This document shows positions 39,230-52,332 of a DNA stretch of 64,000 nt, piece after piece (position 1 is the first letter of the stretch; each line of letters opens with the position of its first letter). Both the position numbers and the translations under genes were made by a program. Origin of the DNA: Schmidtea nova (taxonomy: Eukaryota); the NCBI GenBank assembly GCA_044892505.1, contig CM097882.1, positions 547,274,001 to 547,338,000 of the forward strand. Reading direction: 5' to 3'. The notes under the pieces were generated by a model. The model saw only the letters and a program-made list of their open reading frames with translations, was not told the DNA's origin and ran no database searches.

Positions 39230-39654
39230 CGTTTCCCTAAGTTTAGTCAAACGTTATTCATATTTTTATTCAAATATTTTATTTTCACAAATTGTTATAA
39301 CATTGATCATATTACTCCTCGAAATACAACCCATCATTTTCAATGATTCGAAGCCATCTTTCTGCAAATAGATCAATCCCATGATGATATCACTCAGATG
39401 TATTAGAAGCAAAAAATTCAGCAATTCCAATTTTGGCCTCTGAATCAAAGTACCCCCCCCCTTGTAAAAAGTGGGAAAGAAACCGAAACAAATGATAATC
39501 AGAAGGAACAAGGTTTTGGCTATACGCCGGATGGAAGGCGACCCCAATAACTTGCAGTTCCTGAATTTTCTACTTCCCCCTTCGTGATGTATAAGCTGGG
39601 CATTGTCATGCAGTAGAATTGCAATGCCGCGATTCAATAGACTTGGGTAGCGAA
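39230..39654 (-). pseudogene. Mariner transposase C-terminal relic interrupted by the hAT (continues at 43017-43070)
   Basis: ILLHDNA; alternative frame PYSQNLVPSDYHLFRFL...ERWLRIIENDGLYFEE*. Confidence 0.8.
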
Positions 39655-42600
39655 CAGGGCCGGATTAATAGGGGTACCAAGGGTGCCTGTGGCACCGACC
39701 CCCCGTCCTATAGAGCCCCCTGACCGACATTCGAAAAATATATAATCGCCACCTGACTTTATCTAAAAAGTATTTCTTTATAAGTAATCCGTATCTCATT
39801 AGCTATGATAGTAAAAAATATTATGCCCGATATGATTGACATACTTTTATTTATATATCTATATGCACAGATATAAACTATTAGAGTGCCTTTCAATATC
39901 ATTAATCTTTACGATGCAAACATTACAAACTCATTTTTACTGACTTTCGCAGAGCACTCAAAGTCATTTGAAAACTGCTTAAAGAAAGTGTCATTCGAGA
40001 AATGAAAATTGCAAAAACGTAAAATACACTCACACACTATCATCGTTTATGATGTGTGCGTCGATTAGCTTGTTGTAAAATATTCCGTTAACACTTGTGT
40101 CCTTCCTCTCAACTTTAAATGTTGGCCATCGGCAACTGCAGTAAGATGGCTCCCAATCACGGCTTGTATGGTTTTAAATGGATGTTTCTCCTCTCCAAGT
40201 TATTAAACATTGGCCATAGGCGGCTGCTGTAAGATAGCCCCCATCACAGCTTCCATGGTTTTAAATGGATGCTTCTGATGATCGTTGTGGGCCATATATT
40301 TCTGTTGGTTGGTTCAAAAGGTTGTCTGTCACCCACTCACCAATGTGAAAATGGTGTGTCAGCATTAGAAACACCACAAATCTTAAAGTGGCTCGTCATA
40401 TTTTGGTAGTTTTACACTTGGTACGTTTGTACATTCTGTTTCAAAGCACGTTCATACCAACTACAAATGACTAGAATAAATCTTCATACAGGTGCTCAAA
40501 AACGTCGTTTGGCACAAGAGAAGGCGAGTAAGCTGGCCCAGTTGACTCAGGTAAAACCACTTCAGAATAAAGTACCAAATGATGCTGCTCTTTGGTTTCC
40601 TATAAAATTAGAAATTGTGGAATATTGGGCCAAAAGAGGTCCGCATGCATTTCAAAATAAAAGAGAAAGTGACGACTACAAAGAATCCAAACGTTTGTAT
40701 GATGACACCCAAGGCAGACCAAAGAGGAGATATCGCATGTTCCACAATCACAGTTCACATGAGCGTCGGTCAAATGGTGAGTATATTGAACGTAAATAGC
40801 TTTTCTATAGTCCATCCCTCGGAGCTACCTACTGCTTCTATTGAACATTAATGGCTAATGAGAAAGACAAATTTTCGTCAAGTACTGGTTTTTCAGACTT
40901 GAATAAAGCAAAACAGAAAATCACTAGTCATGAAAGGAGTGAGAAGCATAGAGAGTCTATCCTTATGTTTTCCGTCCGATGCAAAGCATCAGCACGTGTT
41001 GATCGTCAGTTGGAAATGCAGTGCAAGCAGGCAACACAATATTGGTGCGATATTCTTCGCCGCGTACTAGCCGTTGTAACTTTCTTGTGTGAAAGGGGGT
41101 TGGCCCTTCGTGGAGATAATGAACTTATAGGGTCAAAACGGAACGGGAATTTCCTGGGAATAATTGAGGAAATCGCGGAATTCGATCCATTCTTGCCACC
41201 CATATCGAAAAGTTTGGCAATGCTGGACGCGGAGTACCATCTATTTGTCGTCCACCATATTTGAAGAATTCGAGACAGCAATTGCGAAAAAAGTGGTTGA
41301 TTGAATTATAGCAGACATAGCTGCAGCCAAGTATTTTATGGTCTCCGTTGATTCTACGCCCGATTTAAGTCATGTTGACTAACTCACCGTGATAATTAGG
41401 TACGTCTTGGAAGACAAACCCGTGGAGCGGTTCATCACGTTTCTACAAATCAAAAGTCACAAGGCTGAAGAATTATCAAATTCGTTGTTGGACTTTCTGA
41501 AAAGCCATTCAATTGACTTTATGGACTGCCGAGGTGAGACATACGACAATGCGTCTAACATGTCGGGGCAATATACTGGTATGCAAGCGCGTCTACGGCA
41601 GATTAATCCTTTAGCTATTTATGTACCCTACGCAGCTCACTCGCTGAATCTGGTCGGATTGGATGCTGTTAGCTGCTGTATAGAGACGATAAGCTTCTTC
41701 GGATTTGTCCAGACGCTTTTTACCTTCTTTGCAGCTTCCACTCACCGTTGGAATGTGATGATAAATCATTTAAAAGAGACAGATGAAAAACTAACAATCA
41801 AACCCCTGAAGCAAACACTTTGGTCGGCGCATGCAGATGCCACAAGAGCACTGTCTGCGGGGTATCTAAATGTCCAGAGTGCACTGGAAGAGATAGCCAA
41901 TGATGAGAATCACAAATCCCAGACAAGACACGAAGCAGGTGTTTTAGCTCCGACTATGGATCACCTTAAAACGGCCACGATGTGCAAGCTCTGGCACAGC
42001 TCCTGGAGAGGTTTGATGCCACAAACAATCAACTCCAGCGAAGTGACATCGACCTCAAGACGGGGATGGATATACTACGATCTCTCATTTCATTCATTGA
42101 ATGCCAGCGAGGCTAATTTAAAGAATTCGAAGATCTAGGGAAAGACTTATCAGGAACTGATTATTACAAGGCAAGTTTCTCACGAGTAAGACGTAGAAAC
42201 AGATGAAAGGATGATACCCAATCAATTTGCAATGAAATAGTTCAGACTCCAAGAGAGATGTTTCGAACAAAACCTTTCCTTCCAATCATTGACAGGCTCT
42301 TTGCTTCGCTAAGACAACGGTTCTCTGCTTATCAAGATATTGAGCAGACCTTCCATGTAATTCTTCATTCTTGTTCTCTGGATGAGGAAGACATTTTAAA
42401 AGCTGCTGTAAAACTTGCTGATGAATATCCGAATGACCTTTCCACAGATGTGTTTCCAGGTGAAATGGTGCAGTTCACTGCTTTTGCAAAACTTCGCAAC
42501 TGCTTTTCCACACAGAGTTAAGGCATTCTACTCTACACCGAAGGAATTGAACATGCATTTTCAAATGTTGCGACAAATGTTGCGACAACTTGACATGGAC

Positions 42601-43016
42601 GATATCATTCGTGACTTTGCCAGTGCAAAAGCTCGCAGGTTTTAGAAACGAACAGCATTTCATAGAAATGAAATATATTTACTGTATTCCTTCCTGACTG
42701 TCCATGCTATTATCTACAGTATTTCTATGCAACAAGTTATTAATATAGTATGCTTGATGGAAACAAACATTTTAACTCATTTAGACATGGGGGAGGGGAC
42801 GGGATTTGTCCATTAGAAGTGTATATACATAAACTGCACCAAAAATTTCCGATTGGCCCAGAGAGTTTTTTGTAAATGCTTTTATAAAAACTAATTGCAC
42901 ATTTACAGCCACAAAAACGGACAAGTGTCTTATGCGGTTTGCTAGCTTTACATTTTGCTATGAGGGCCCCCCTAGCCCGTGAAACCCAGGCCTCCCAAAA
43001 CCTTAATTCGGCTCTA
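39655..43016 (+). mobile_element. hAT transposon (Tip100/ZMYM1-like, DUF4371-type transposase), frameshifted
   Basis: TIRs CAGGGCCGGATTAA / TTAATTCGGCTCTA; 8-bp TSD GTAGCGAA vs GTAGCAAG; LALRGD..GNFLG, VDSTPD, CRGETYDNASNMSG, YAAHSLNLV, hATC-like C-terminus. Confidence 0.92.
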
Positions 43017-43209
43017 GTAGCAAGTGCTCAAAAACATCATAAACTCGCTTATGATTAAATTATTTGATAAAACAATAACTTTAAATAACTAAAGAACATG
43101 AATAACTTTTGACTCAATCTTGTAGTTGAATAATTATAATGTCTTTATAAATTTTAATTTTTAAAAAAGCTCATTTTATTGAAATGTGATTATAATAGAA
43201 AGAATAACA

Positions 43210-43770
43210 ATGATGAGCCATGTCATAACATTGTCTACATAACAGACGAAGCACAACTCAAGCATCCTTTCAGAATAATTAAAACAGGATTATTCTGAAC
43301 AAATCAAATCCGACATTATTAAACTCGTTGAAAACAAAAATTACCTCATATAAGTTAATAGGAAGCTGGTGATGTTTGGTTTGGATTATCCGAGAATGAA
43401 CATTGTGATACAATTTTGATTAAAAAACTCGATGCAAAGTTTGCAATTTCTGGCATTTCTCTTGGTTGTCTGAGTAATTATTTATCAATGAATGAAGTGA
43501 ATATCGAATTGCAGGCACTTCATTCTATGCCACTTGTAGTTCAACACGAAGTCGTCAGATAAATAGCTAAACAAATATATTACGGATATGACACAACTCA
43601 AAGTAACTTTCTAGAAAGGAGTGGAGAGGAATTTTCGTCTCTTCAAATTCAGTAACTGCTAAGTCCCAATACATTTCAATAAAAACTGGAAGTCTTACAG
43701 ACTATATTAACACAACATTCAGACAAAAGAGACTTGAAGTTATTGGCTAACAATAGAGGTCGGTAAAGTG
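43210..43770 (+). pseudogene. Possible Tc1/mariner transposase relic
   Basis: IVYITDEA (first catalytic D motif) and RLEVLANNRGR* resembling the RLEACIKAKGG C-terminus; the rest is degraded. Confidence 0.35.
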
Positions 43771-46084
43771 TTCAATTCCAATTTACAATGCGCGCTCAAA
43801 CTTTATATTATAAGCAATAAATCAACTTAACTATGTATTGAAAATAATGTGAGCTCAATATCGTTTTTATAAATTTATAATTAAATAAAAAAATTAAACA
43901 TAACAATAAAGTTAGATCAAACTTATTATGAAATTTATCTTTTCAATGAACTGTGTTTTATAAATATATCATATAACACTGAATATCACCTTCTATAATA
44001 CTATTTAGTGTATATGTCAGTTATGAGTCATAACTTATGACTCATATTTTAACTTGATAAAGAAAGTTAAATCCCTAAGCACGACAAGTAACGAAAAATA
44101 CTATCAAACTTTAAAACTAGAGATCATTTGCATGATTAAAAGTTCTTTAATAATTTTATTTATTTTTAAAATAGCTTTTGCGGCTAAAAATTTGGAATAT
44201 TTCCTAGGGGAAGTTATTGAGAAAAGGAAGATAAAAAACAGTAAAATTTATTTTTAATTTATAATAATTTAAAATTCAATATATTTCCGAAAGATATTTT
44301 GCTAAAACTTTTCCATTTCCAGAAGCCAAAGACATAATACTGTCAAATTCCTTTCAATTTATGAAGAATTAAACATAAATTCATAGCAATTTGGATATTT
44401 CTGAAGTCTCAGATAACGTAGGACAATAAAATTTGATAATGTCTGAAATGAAAAGTAAAACTTGAAACTCAAAATCATGAATTTTAATTGATTTAAATGT
44501 TGAAAATGTTGATATAATTTCCGAAATCAAAATAATTTTTGACATATAAAAATTTGAAAATTACTTCCGTTTTGGAAGATTTCTTTTTTTCCTTTCAAAG
44601 CTTGTATATCTTTATCATTATGAGATCAAAATATAAGCCTTAAAAGATATCTTTGAAAATTAACTTACTGGCTAACCATTTAAGAAATGGCTAAATTTTC
44701 ATAAATGAAAGTAACACTTGTGACTCAGACCTGTGTGTGTTACATAGACTTTTATTATGTGAAAATAGGTCTGATGATCGTTAGACAGTGTAAGAATAAT
44801 GTCAACATGAAATTATTTTCTCACATTTTAGTAACTAATATTTATAACTGCACGCATGCAGTCTGTCTACCAACTAAATTAAGAATGTTAAACCTGCAGC
44901 ACGCGAATGATATAACAAATATAAATCATTCTAATGTTGATGTTGTGTTTCACCATTTTTCTAATCTTAATGCAATTAAAATTAATTCAATAGTTTTTAC
45001 ACAACAAGAGAGAAATTTGGTCTTATAAAAAAGCACCAATTTCAAAAAGCACATTAAGTTTGATTTCGTTCAAAATTACTACATCACATTGCATACCAAG
45101 ATTATAATATTATATACATTACGTATACAATGTATTTTTCATTTTCATAATAAAACTAAACTTTTAAATGTAGTTGATTTTTTATGCGGCAAAAGCTTAA
45201 ACACCCCTGAACTAAACAAACACTAACTAAGTCGAACCAAAACAATAATTAATTAAGAAAAATATTACTGTAATACGATTGTTCTGTTAGGGATAAGTGC
45301 TTGTTTTCAATAAATTAATTACAGTTAAAAAATACATTGTTAAAATAAAATAAATTATTGAAAATAGTAATTTAATTTCAATAAAATGATTTATGTAGAA
45401 TTGTAGGGGTTTCAACTTCGAATAAAATAAAATGGAATAAAATAATGGAATAAAATAAAATACAACATTTATTTATAAAATATCAGGTGCTTAATAAATT
45501 GTTTGGTTGACTCGCTTCAATACAGTGTCTGGGATAAACAAATTAAATAGTGCTTCTACAAATTAGATACTGATTTATCTTTTTTTCTTTTAAAATTGCT
45601 TTCAGAGTCCTGTTTTAAATGTATAGTGCTTTGTGCTTTTTAAAATGGTTTCCTCTTTACGACTTTTTTGTACTTTTTAAACAACTAGTTCTTTCTATTT
45701 TATTATTATAAATAAAATTTGTATGTTTATTTTAATTTGTATATATATGACGGAGGCACTACAAGAATTATATGAATGTTACAAAATAGTCATTATTTCT
45801 TTTACCAAAAAATCTTAAATTTAAACAGCAAAATCTTATTTTAAATTGAAAATAATTTTGGTAGCTTGTGTTAGTCTTTAATTTAAATGAAAAAAAATGT
45901 TCAGTTAAGTTTTAGATCAACATTTTGTGATTATTTAATAGAAAAATCTGTTACATGGAACAAATAGAAAAGAAAATTAGATTTATATTATATAAAGGGA
46001 GCAAGATGAAAAACAGTTGTTCAATCCGATATGGAAGTTTCACCTTGTAGGATTAAGAAACAATAGATGTTTCTTTTAATTTAA

Positions 46085-46317
46085 CCCCTTTCTGCATGAG
46101 TGTTCATATATGAACATAATTAATTAAGACTCGAAAATATTCTTTTTTCAAAAAATATTATTTTGTTTCTGGTAACATTCTTAAGTTGCAAGCCTGTTTA
46201 TTCTAATTTAGTACCAAAAACTGTCAAGTGGCGCTAATGACCCTACTCTTTTAAATGTAACGGTTACTATTCGGCCATTTTGTGTTACAGCTGTCAAAAT
46301 ATTCATGCAGAAAGGGG
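46085..46317. mobile_element. piggyBac-type MITE, 233 bp
   Basis: Perfect 15-bp TIRs CCCCTTTCTGCATGA / TCATGCAGAAAGGGG; TTAA TSD on both sides. Confidence 0.92.
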
Positions 46318-46962
46318 TTAATATATAAAAGAGAACTCAAAATCGAAATTTTATTAAAACAAGCAGACAAAACTTAAAACACGAAGTGAATATTTTTTAT
46401 TAATTAATAAATCCAGACTATAAAGTTAAATTATAAATTTAATTTATTAATTAACGCACAAAATGTATTATTGACGGCCTCCTTGTACTGAATAATCCAA
46501 AATTATTAATTATCTTCATATTATGAAAACGTCTCATGCTTGGAGTACCATAACTAGACGTTTACGTGGTCGTTCAGAGCCTATTTACTAAAAACAATAA
46601 TATTTCGTTATTTATTTTCTAAATAGTAAAATCAACACAAATTTATTTATTTAATCATATTAAAGTGTCTTCTTAAACACACAACTGTTGTTATGTATTT
46701 ATTTATATTTATTATTAATTGGAGTCTTGGCAATCGTTTTCTGACGATTTTACTAGTTCTCCAACAGAAACATTCAGCGAAGATTCAGATTTCATCGGTT
46801 TAAAATAACTTTCTTAAAAATTTTCTTAATAAATAGTCTGGCAATAACATGACTCTAATTTGAAGACCTAAACGGATTTTTTAATTTCATCTTTTCAGTC
46901 ATATTTCCATATGAAATGAGTACCTAATTTAATTCTAAATATCTACTCTAATTTGATGTTGT

Positions 46963-47018
<56 letters not shown>

Positions 47019-47457
47019 AATTAAATGAACAAAATGGTAGGACATGATTAGAATTTGGCTTGAAGCAACAATATGTAGCTAATAGGTTGAGATGACGCTA
47101 ATTATTTCCCCCTCACTACTTGCCAATTTTGCAAATGCCATTCTTATCAAATTCAACTCAATTTTTATCTCTTTTTTCGTAACTATCGTTTATCAAATTT
47201 AATTTTTGAGTTTGTTCTGGAGTTGATAGTGAAGTAAAATTAAATATCTAAGCCAATTGATGAAATGAACTACACAAAATGAATGTTTTGCGTTAGAAAT
47301 TGGAAAAAAATGTTTTTCTGTACTTGTATAAATGAAATTGCATGATATTATCTGACGAAAAATAATTCGCAAATTAGATTTACTAAAAGCAGAAAGTTTG
47401 TGCGCAAAACTCATGTGAAATTTTTTGCAGTTGTCTTTATAAATAGTACATATATGT

Positions 47458-47516
<59 letters not shown>

Positions 47517-47916
47517 GATTTAATTAACTCATTTTGTTAATTAATTCCAAACTTCTTTAAAATACATATATAAACAAGTAAAATTTGTTTATATAAGAAG
47601 AATTGTCATAAAATACAAANNNNNNNNNNNNNNNNNNNNNNNNNNNNNNNNNNNNNNNNNNNNNNNNNNNNNNNNNNNNNNNNNNNNNNNNNNNNNNNNN
47701 NNNNNNNNNNNNNNNNNNNNNNNNNNNNNNNNNNNNNNNNNNNNNNNNNNNNNNNNNNNNNNNNNGAAAATATGAAAATACATGAAATAAAGAAAGATCA
47801 AAGAGTGAAGATTAATGATTTTAATGATATCTAAAGTTTTATAAAAAAATAGAATTAAAATTAAAACTATTAAAATTCCAAGCAAAAATATAACAGTTGG
47901 TATTTTCGTTTAAAAT

Positions 47917-48990
47917 TTATTGGAATGTTGATCTCAAACTGAAACTTCGTTGCTTGACTTGAAAAACGGCAGACCGAAATTTTTGAGATATAAAGATTGT
48001 TGATAAAGGGTTAATAGCACTGTTCGAATACACTAGCCACTGAACAATGGGATACCCATAATTTATTAGGTAATAAACTTTCGTCTGATTTTCATTTAGT
48101 AGTTGGAAATCTGCGTAAATGTTGACTATGTGATAAGGAAGCCAACAAATTGTGAACAAACAAACGAGAGCTGTTGAAACTTTAGATATTCGAGTTCTTT
48201 GAGTCCTTAAGCGTGTGACATAATTCTGAGTGCTGTGACTGGTAAAGATTTCCTGTTTCAATGAATTTTTCACTTTTGTAAGAATAAGATAGTAGAGTAT
48301 GATCATAGAAAGAAGAGGAAAGGCATATAAAACTAAAAATAACAATATTGAATAAAATTGCTTCCAGAAAATTGATCCCCACCAAGTTTCAAGGCAATGC
48401 TGCTTTTTATCGATACCTTTCTTCAATTCTGTGCTGAATGCTAGCGGCAGAGAAATCGCACCGGCAATACACCAAATGCCAACGATGTACATAATACAAA
48501 GTTTCCGTCGATAAAGCTGATTTCCAAACCTCATTTTCCGAACAGCAACATACCTTTCGATATTCAATCCAAGCAATGACAGAATACTAACTCCTAGGTT
48601 TGTTCCTTGCAATAGGCCCTGAAGTTTACAGAGTTTCTCTCCAAACATCCATGAGGAATAGATAATTGTCGTCAATGACAGCGGTTGGCAAATGAGAAAA
48701 ATGAATAAATCCGAAATCGCCAAGTTTGCTAAAAACATATTAGATATTGTTCTCATATGTTTCAGACTGAATATGCAAATCAGAATTAGAAGATTTCCAA
48801 AAATTCCAGCAGTAAATAAAATGATATAAAACAGCAAATTTATCACCTTGAAAATTGATATTTCAAGTGAAATTGCAGAAGAATCTTTGATATTCAGGCA
48901 TATTTGATCATTAAAGGTTGTGACATTTTCGCAGAAATGTTTCAGTTGATCTTTGTATTCTCGGTCGGTATTTATTAACGTACAACACAT
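47917..48990 (-). CDS. Class A (rhodopsin-like) 7TM GPCR, neuropeptide receptor-like, single exon
   Basis: GN (TM1), NLAISD (TM2), CK..ERY (TM3), W..P (TM4), ECL2 Cys, FP (TM5), CWLPY (TM6), QWLVYSNSAINP (TM7), helix 8 FR; N-terminal NVT sequon. Confidence 0.93.
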   Translation of the reverse strand: MCCTLINTDREYKDQLKHFCENVTTFNDQICLNIKDSSAISLEISIFKVINLLFYIILFTAGIFGNLLILICIFSLKHMRTISNMFLANLAISDLFIFLICQPLSLTTIIYSSWMFGEKLCKLQGLLQGTNLGVSILSLLGLNIERYVAVRKMRFGNQLYRRKLCIMYIVGIWCIAGAISLPLAFSTELKKGIDKKQHCLETWWGSIFWKQFYSILLFLVLYAFPLLSMIILYYLILTKVKNSLKQEIFTSHSTQNYVTRLRTQRTRISKVSTALVCLFTICWLPYHIVNIYADFQLLNENQTKVYYLINYGYPIVQWLVYSNSAINPLSTIFISQKFRSAVFQVKQRSFSLRSTFQ

Positions 48991-49655
48991 GTATATTATT
49001 GCAACGAAATTCTGCTTTCTAAATTAATAATAATAATTATTATTATTATATTTGTCAGGTTATTAGATGATAATCTTTACATGATTTGCTTAATACAAAA
49101 TCGATTTTAAAACAAAATATATCCTTATAAAACCCTTCTCGATAAACCTTATACTTAGCCATAGACCTGTTACATATCTAAATTTGACTTTTCTGAGTAA
49201 TTTAGTACTAATAAAATTAGAATCTCTCTACAGCGTCTCAAAAATCTTTCGTTTTAAAAAACTTTGTTTTTTGAGGACCATCTTTTACAAATTTTAAAAT
49301 TTCTTTAAAGTAATGAAAGACAATCTTCGTCAAAAATATAATTTTCCCATCACATTCGATTTTTTAGACTTAAAGCTTTTTTAAACTAAGTTTTTTAAAA
49401 TTTTTAACACTTGTTAAAAAAATTTAAGATAAACAAATCAATTTTTACTGAATTTAATTAATNNNNNNNNNNNNNNNNNNNNNNNNNNNNNNNNNNNNNN
49501 NNNNNNNNNNNNNNNNNNNNNNNNNNNNNNNNNNNNNNNNNNNNNNNNNNNNNNNNNNNNNNNNNNNNNNNNNNNNNNNNNNNNNNNNNNNNNNNNNNNN
49601 NNNNNNNNNNNNNNNNNNNNNNNNNNNNNNNNNNNNNNNNNNNNNNNNNNNNNNN

Positions 49656-50408
49656 ACCTTTGATCTTTTTTTATTATTATTATCAATTATTGTTCGAACC
49701 ATACCACAATAAACGCAACAATAGAAAACGCCAAAAACACAATAACAATAACAAACACACAACATATCTAAGATTACTATTCCTAAATGACACTACAGCC
49801 AACAAAATAACCAACATTTTTAATCAAACAGATTTGCCTATCCACATCCGTCCAACGTTCATAACCTCCGCACCGTTAAAATCACAACTCCGAAAGCCAC
49901 CAATTTCCAACATCTCCAAACATAAATGTCTTTGCCGTTCCACAACCCGATGCTTTTGCTTTTCCAAAAATATAGTATATAAACTTTCTTGCCAAAAATG
50001 TGACGCTACTTACATAGGAGAAACACATAGAACTTTTCGCACCCGACTTAATGAACACACTAAAATCAAAACCAGTAATTATTACGAACACTGGGAGAAA
50101 GTACATAAAACAACTCCATCTATAGAAGAAACAAAATGCCAGATTCTACAAGAGGGATTCAAAAATTCATTACAAAGATTAGCTTCCGAGACTTTTTTCA
50201 TAAAAAAATACAAACCGTCCATCAACATTCAATTCGCACAAAAAAATTAAAATAAATTTTTTCATCCAATAAAATCATTATAAAATATTAAAAAAATAAT
50301 TAAGGCTACTATTTAGGATTAAGTAAATATAACGATAGAAATACACACTTGATAAAGGCTGTGCCGAAATATTGTGTTATTGTTTATAAAAAAAATTTGA
50401 TCTATAGT
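49656..50408 (+). mobile_element. 5'-truncated Penelope-like element: inverted pLTR fragment, GIY-YIG ORF, pLTR with hammerhead
   Basis: IVYKLSCQKCDATYIGETHRTFRTRLNEH...ETFFIKKYKPSIN; 49656-49690 matches the inverted pLTR segment seen at about 15205 and 51315; both ends in gaps. Confidence 0.9.
50345..50377 (+). ncRNA. Minimal hammerhead motif, U3-A8 variant
   Basis: Identical to 7331-7363; about 95 nt downstream of the GIY-YIG stop. Confidence 0.68.
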
Positions 50409-50802
50409 NNNNNNNNNNNNNNNNNNNNNNNNNNNNNNNNNNNNNNNNNNNNNNNNNNNNNNNNNNNNNNNNNNNNNNNNNNNNNNNNNNNNNNNNNNNN
50501 NNNNNNNNNNNNNNNNNNNNNNNNNNNNNNNNNNNNNNNNNNNNNNNNNNNNNNNNNNNNNNNNNNNNNNNNNNNNNNNNNNNNNNNNNNNNNNNNNNNN
50601 NNNNNNNNNNNNNNNNNNNNNNNNNNNNNNNNNNNTACTTATACAATAATTAAAATAATAAGTCGTGAGACTAATATAGAAATAATAACAGTAAAAAAAT
50701 TGATACAGACATATTTAAACTTCAACATATATATGTAAAGAAAATGTATTTTGTTTTAATAATCCATTATTGTTTAAGTATATTTTTGCGAACATTCGAA
50801 AA

Positions 50803-51075
50803 ATGCCTCTGGAAACTATTCAATACCGTAGCGTTATTCGCTTTCTCTTTCTGAAAGGAAAAAATAGAGAAGAGGTTCTTTCTGAACTGAAAGCTGTTTA
50901 CCAACAAGAGTGCCCATCCACAGCAACAATTTATCGTTGGTTCAATTACTTTCAGAGTGGTAGAACCTCCGTGGTGGACGAAGAATGATCTGGAAGACCC
51001 TCAGAAATTGATGAAAAAATAACGCAAAAGCTGCAGACAATCGTGCAAAACGAGAGAAAAATAACATCCATGACT
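50803..51075 (+). pseudogene. Mariner transposase 5' fragment
   Basis: YRSVIRFLFLKG..IYRWFNYFQSGRTSVVDEE*SGRP. Confidence 0.85.
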
Positions 51076-51395
51076 AATCTTAATAAATTCAAAAACGAGA
51101 AACTGTCATTTGAAGGCTTTATAGATATTATTAACCTATTTCTAAGTTTTTATTTGCAAGTATCTTTCAGAGTTTATCAGTGAAGTATAAGGGAATATGA
51201 AGCTTTTACATAAAAATCAATTTCTAGTTGCATCTGGATACTAAAAATAGTCCTACTATAAAAATAGTAAAGATATTTATAAACAAATTATAATTATCAT
51301 AATTATCTTTTTTCACCTTTGATCTTTTTTTATTATAATTATCAATAATTCTCATAATAATGACTATAGATCAAAAATTTTTTTTATAAACAATA

Positions 51396-51428
51396 ACACA
51401 ATATTTCGGCACAGCCTTTATCAAGTGT
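51396..51428 (-). ncRNA. Minimal hammerhead motif, U3-A8 variant, in a pLTR fragment (about 51295-51455) with an inversion junction
   Basis: Identical core to 7331; followed at 51430 by a direct-orientation pLTR piece CATCATTATGAGAATTATTGATA. Confidence 0.65.
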
Positions 51429-52299
51429 GTCATCATTATGAGAATTATTGATAAAAAAATTATAATTAAATAATATTTTTTTTGTCAATTTTCTTTAACT
51501 ATTTTGAATTCTAGAAAATATTTATTTCTCAATTTTAAGTGACTTATTAAGGAATTTATTTGTCAATTTTAATCTATCAGTCAAAAATAATGGTTCAATT
51601 TAATGTATTTATTTTAGAATTCGGTGATGCAGATACGGAGACTTTTCTAGATGGGAGTGAGATAAAATGTCACTAGTAGATGGAGCTCAAATTATTTTAT
51701 TTTTATGAACGTCAATTTATATAAATTTAAGAAAATATTTATCAGTTTTGTTTTGTTTATTTCATATATTGAGATAAATTTTAATTTAGTTAAAACAAAT
51801 TATGTTTGGTTATCATAGTGGCGTAGTGAACAAAATAAAATATATATAAAAATAAAAATTACTATAATCCATCTGTTTAGTTATTAAAAAATTACCGAAT
51901 CTCTAAAGCAGAACTCGACACAGTAAATCACACAGATAAGGTTAGAATTATTATTATAATTGTTACGAAAGAGTAAAAAAATGTAAGGCGAACGTTAATA
52001 TAATTTATTAAATTAAAACGACAAAAAATATTTGACGACGCAATTAATTTTTTTAATCAAAAGCGTCTTTAATCTCATGATAATAAGAGTTTTGATCGGC
52101 AGTGAACTTTTATGGACATTCTCTATGAAATCTATGGACAAAATACATAACTATCCTTAATTTGTTAATAATTTAATGAAAATTATAATGATTCAATCTA
52201 ATTAATTTGCTTATTTTATTGAATTTAATTAGTTAAATTAATTATCTTTTTCCACCTATGATTTGTTTTCGTTTAGTCTAGATCAGTGTTTTCAATTTA

Positions 52300-52332
52300 A
52301 CGCAATTTTTCGGCACTACTTTTATCAAGTGT
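52300..52332 (-). ncRNA. Degenerate copy of the U3-A8 hammerhead motif
   Basis: Reverse complement ACACTTGATAAAAGTAGTGCCGAAAAATTGCGT; stems II and III are disrupted. Confidence 0.35.

Noticed and set aside
46700-46910. Possible downstream GPCR exon (ESYFKPMKSESS...)
   Set aside because: The GPCR already has an in-frame stop after helix 8; splice sites are weak and speculative
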